Source of the DNA: a virus
Taxonomy: Duplodnaviria; Caudoviricetes
Virus record (IMG/VR): IMGVR_UViG_3300034374_010724
Coordinates: 1 to 30,410 of that record
Reading direction: 5' to 3' (one strand)
Length of the DNA: 30,410 nt
A program made the translations under genes and the position numbers. Shown here piece by piece: positions 28,045-30,410 of the stretch. Each line of letters opens with the position of its first letter. The stretch's first letter is position 1. Under the pieces are notes generated by a model that saw nothing but the letters and a program-made list of their open reading frames with translations, had not been told where the DNA came from and did no database searches.

Positions 28045-28054
28045 ATATTTATAA
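28045..28054 (+). promoter_or_regulatory. putative late promoter ATATTTATAA
   Basis: Intergenic, 25 nt before ATG 28070. Confidence 0.6.
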
Positions 28055-28069
28055 TAAAAATCTTATATA

Positions 28070-29188
28070 ATGGACAACTTCGATTTTAAAAAATACTTAG
28101 CTGAAAACAGATTACATGAAAACATGTTTGACGTTGCTACAACAGAGAAAATTGCTCAAGCTGTAGCAGACGCGTTTACAGCTGACGATGAACTAGACCT
28201 AAAATATACAGTCCACCCAGGAACAGAAGAAAGTTCATTCGATCTTGATGTTGAGGCTGGTCCTAACACCCCAGGTGAAGATTGGAAAGATAAAAATGGA
28301 TTTAGTATCGATAACTACCTTGGCGAATTTGCAGGTGGTTCTTTTTACATCAAAGACGGAGTAGTATACAATGCTGCTAGCAGAAATGCTCCCGTTGCTA
28401 ATGTATCACCAGAAGGTGAAGTTGAAATGATTTCAGCTGAAGAATCAAGAGCTGCCATTGATTCACAAGATGATATCCCAGCAATTGATAGAATGTATAA
28501 CTCTGATGCTTGGGTGCAAGCTCAAAGAGATGCAATGGAAGAATCTAAAGAAGAAAAAAAATCAAATAAAATGAAAAAATCCGAATTAAAGGAAATGATC
28601 CGCACTGCATTCCTTAACGAAACAGAAGAAAAAGTTGAAGAAGGCACTTGGGCAGTATTGCCTGCTCGTATTCCTGAATTTATTCAAGCTGTAGAAGATC
28701 TTAAAGATGAATATCATGGTGTAGTAGGTAGTGATGATGTGTTTGATGGTTTAGACGCTGCTATTAGCGCTGCTGAAGAATTATTAATGAACACAGCTGA
28801 AATTAAAGAAGCTGAAGAAGATGAAGAAGAAGTAACTGTAGATGACACTGAAGAAATCGATGTTGATACAGATGCTGAAACTGCAGATGCAGGTGAAGTA
28901 GATGTTGAAGCCGATGCTGAAGTTGAAATGACAGGCGATAAAAAAGAAGTTCAAGACAACTTACAAGCTGCTCTTGAAGCTGCTAAAGCATTAGGTGACC
29001 AAAAATTAGTAGACCAAATCGGTAACTCAATTACATTCTTTACTCGTACACACGTTGTAGGTAAATCTGAAGTAGCTGAAGCTGATGTAGATGTTGAAGT
29101 AGATTCACCTGTTGAAGATGCTGAAGTAGGAATGAAATTAGATGAATCAATCAACCGCATGAAAAAACTTGCAGGTTTAATTAAATAA
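28070..29188 (+). CDS. acidic modular protein, putative prohead core/internal protein
   Basis: Leader MDNFDFKKYLAENRLHE, a long Asp/Glu tract, and C-terminal LDESINRMKKLAGLIK. Confidence 0.65.
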   Translation: MDNFDFKKYLAENRLHENMFDVATTEKIAQAVADAFTADDELDLKYTVHPGTEESSFDLDVEAGPNTPGEDWKDKNGFSIDNYLGEFAGGSFYIKDGVVYNAASRNAPVANVSPEGEVEMISAEESRAAIDSQDDIPAIDRMYNSDAWVQAQRDAMEESKEEKKSNKMKKSELKEMIRTAFLNETEEKVEEGTWAVLPARIPEFIQAVEDLKDEYHGVVGSDDVFDGLDAAISAAEELLMNTAEIKEAEEDEEEVTVDDTEEIDVDTDAETADAGEVDVEADAEVEMTGDKKEVQDNLQAALEAAKALGDQKLVDQIGNSITFFTRTHVVGKSEVAEADVDVEVDSPVEDAEVGMKLDESINRMKKLAGLIK

Positions 29189-29193
29189 AAACT

Positions 29194-29364
29194 ATGAACA
29201 CACAAGAATTAAAAGAAAAATTAGACGCATTGTACGAAACATTCTCAATGGAACACGAAGGTAAATCTAAAGCAGCTCATGGTAGAGCTCGCAAAGCGTT
29301 AGGTGAAATGAAAAAACTCGTAACCGAATATCGTAAAGCATCAGTTGCTGAAGATAAAAAATAA
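29194..29364 (+). CDS. histone H1-like (Hc1 family) small DNA-binding protein, 56 aa; not in ORF track
   Basis: Manual translation MNTQELKEKLDALYETFSMEHEGKSKAAHGRARKALGEMKKLVTEYRKASVAEDKK. KAAxxRARKA...K...E[YF]RKxS is the signature of the short Bacteroidota Hc1-like proteins. Fills the gap between neighbouring genes. Confidence 0.75.
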   Translation: MNTQELKEKLDALYETFSMEHEGKSKAAHGRARKALGEMKKLVTEYRKASVAEDKK

Positions 29365-29367
29365 AAT

Positions 29368-30410
29368 ATGCTTAACGAACGCAAACTTACCAAAGCTGAA
29401 CTCAATAAAAGAGAAGATATCGTAAAAGATATGAAAAAAAACAAGCGTGCTTTAGTTAAAAAGTACGGTAAGGATGCTGAACAAGTAATGTATGGTCGCG
29501 CCACGAATATAGCAAAAAAACAAGCCGAAAGTATGAATCAAGACAAACTTAGAGAAATAATCAAAGATGCTTTAATGGGTCCTATGGTTGACCCTGAAGC
29601 AGGTGAAGACCAATATAAAGATGAGCAAGACCTTGCTACCGTATCTCATGCTTTAGACCAATTAGAAGCTAAATTAAAAGCTCACGATTGGTTTTACATG
29701 ATGTCGGATGACCATAGAGCATACACTAATGGAAGACACGAACAAAGTGAAATTAGATCCATTATGAATGATCTTGAAGGCCTTGGATACGGTAAAGACG
29801 CTAAAGAATTATACAATCAATATGCTCCTTTCTCTGAAGGAGGTCCTGATTTTAGAATGAAAGAAGCTAAAGGTAAAGATATGGACAAAGATGGAGACAT
29901 CGATTCAGATGATTACCTAGCTGCTCGCGATAAAGCAATTAAAAAAGCAAAAGGCGAAATCAAAGAAGATTGGGGCAGTTCAGATCAATCAATCATGAAC
30001 CAATCCATTCATAGAGATTTAGGTAACCCAACAGAATTCCCTGGTCTATCTCAAATTATGGATGCTGCTGAATCTGCAGTTGACTTTTATTGGGACGATT
30101 GGGATGAATATCAAACAGATAGAGAGGGTTTGATCATGTCTGCAGCTCAAAGATACGCTAGACAATACCACCCAGAATTTATGGCTAATGCTGCTAGAAT
30201 GATGGAACCAATTGATGAAATGGACATCAATGGCCCAATAAGAGAAATAAGCGGAGATAAAGTAGAAGCCCTAATGGAGCTAAGAAATATCTTAGATGAA
30301 CTTCAAGTATTAGGAGATCAAGCCAGAGATATTATCGCACAAAACTTCCCATCTTACCTTAGTAAAGGAGAAGCATATGGTGCTTTTGATTTAGGTTCAA
30401 GCACAAACAG
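29368..30410 (+). CDS. 3'-truncated modular protein (at least 347 aa), putative polyprotein; not in ORF track
   Basis: Open frame from ATG 29368 to the window end (MLNERKLTKAELNKREDIVKDMKK...). Junction-like MKE, IKE, IDE and IRE sites; EF-hand-like DMDKDGDIDSDDY. Confidence 0.8.
   Translation, partial: MLNERKLTKAELNKREDIVKDMKKNKRALVKKYGKDAEQVMYGRATNIAKKQAESMNQDKLREIIKDALMGPMVDPEAGEDQYKDEQDLATVSHALDQLEAKLKAHDWFYMMSDDHRAYTNGRHEQSEIRSIMNDLEGLGYGKDAKELYNQYAPFSEGGPDFRMKEAKGKDMDKDGDIDSDDYLAARDKAIKKAKGEIKEDWGSSDQSIMNQSIHRDLGNPTEFPGLSQIMDAAESAVDFYWDDWDEYQTDREGLIMSAAQRYARQYHPEFMANAARMMEPIDEMDINGPIREISGDKVEALMELRNILDELQVLGDQARDIIAQNFPSYLSKGEAYGAFDLGSSTN

Noticed and set aside
3115-29504. Minus-strand ORFs in the track (3115, 3264, 4613, 14154, 21178, 22732, 24226, 27462, 28951, 29277)
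   Set aside because: All are short, lie antisense to well-supported + strand genes, and have shadow-frame composition with no motifs.
1-30410. Stop-codon reassignment
   Set aside because: Standard-code ORFs tile the window almost without gaps, and TAA, TAG (7517-7519) and TGA all end genes at sensible positions.
1-30410. tRNA, structured ncRNA, introns/inteins, intrinsic terminators, DGR
   Set aside because: Intergenic gaps are all under about 60 nt and AT-rich, with no convincing GC hairpin plus U-tract. I saw no intein or reverse-transcriptase motifs and no long adenine-variable repeat pair. Not computationally scanned.

Overview
A 30.4-kb, AT-rich, gene-dense segment with all credible genes on the + strand. 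It most likely comes from a large tailed dsDNA phage with a contractile (myovirus/T4-like) tail. Translation-initiation context and an Hc1-like gene suggest a Bacteroidota host (inference). It has three blocks. (1) About 0.5-17.3 kb: a baseplate/tail module with gp5-like hub, gp25-like, gp6/J-like wedge, a DNRLRE-like protein, a 2298-aa wedge/fibre protein and tail-collar-like paralogs. (2) About 17.3-19.4 kb: a GIY-YIG nuclease, a DnaG-type primase and a PD-(D/E)XK exonuclease. (3) About 19.4-30.4 kb: an accessory block. An ATATTTATA(AATAA) motif 14-26 nt before seven gene starts is a likely late promoter. The most interesting signal is block 3. Its proteins begin with short leaders ending in L/I-x-E, and are strings of unrelated modules (P-loop kinase, HIGH nucleotidyltransferase, three HExxH domains, HAD phosphatase, small unknown domains) joined at recurrent [LIVM]-x-E sites. 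This resembles T4 prohead-protease sites and capsid-targeting sequences. It suggests capsid-packaged polyproteins that are cut into injected effectors, with junction DNA possibly also serving as module-shuffling points. Two genes missing from the ORF track were found: an Hc1/histone-H1-like ORF (29194-29364) and a 3'-truncated modular ORF (29368-end). All family calls come from motif recognition by eye; no searches were run.
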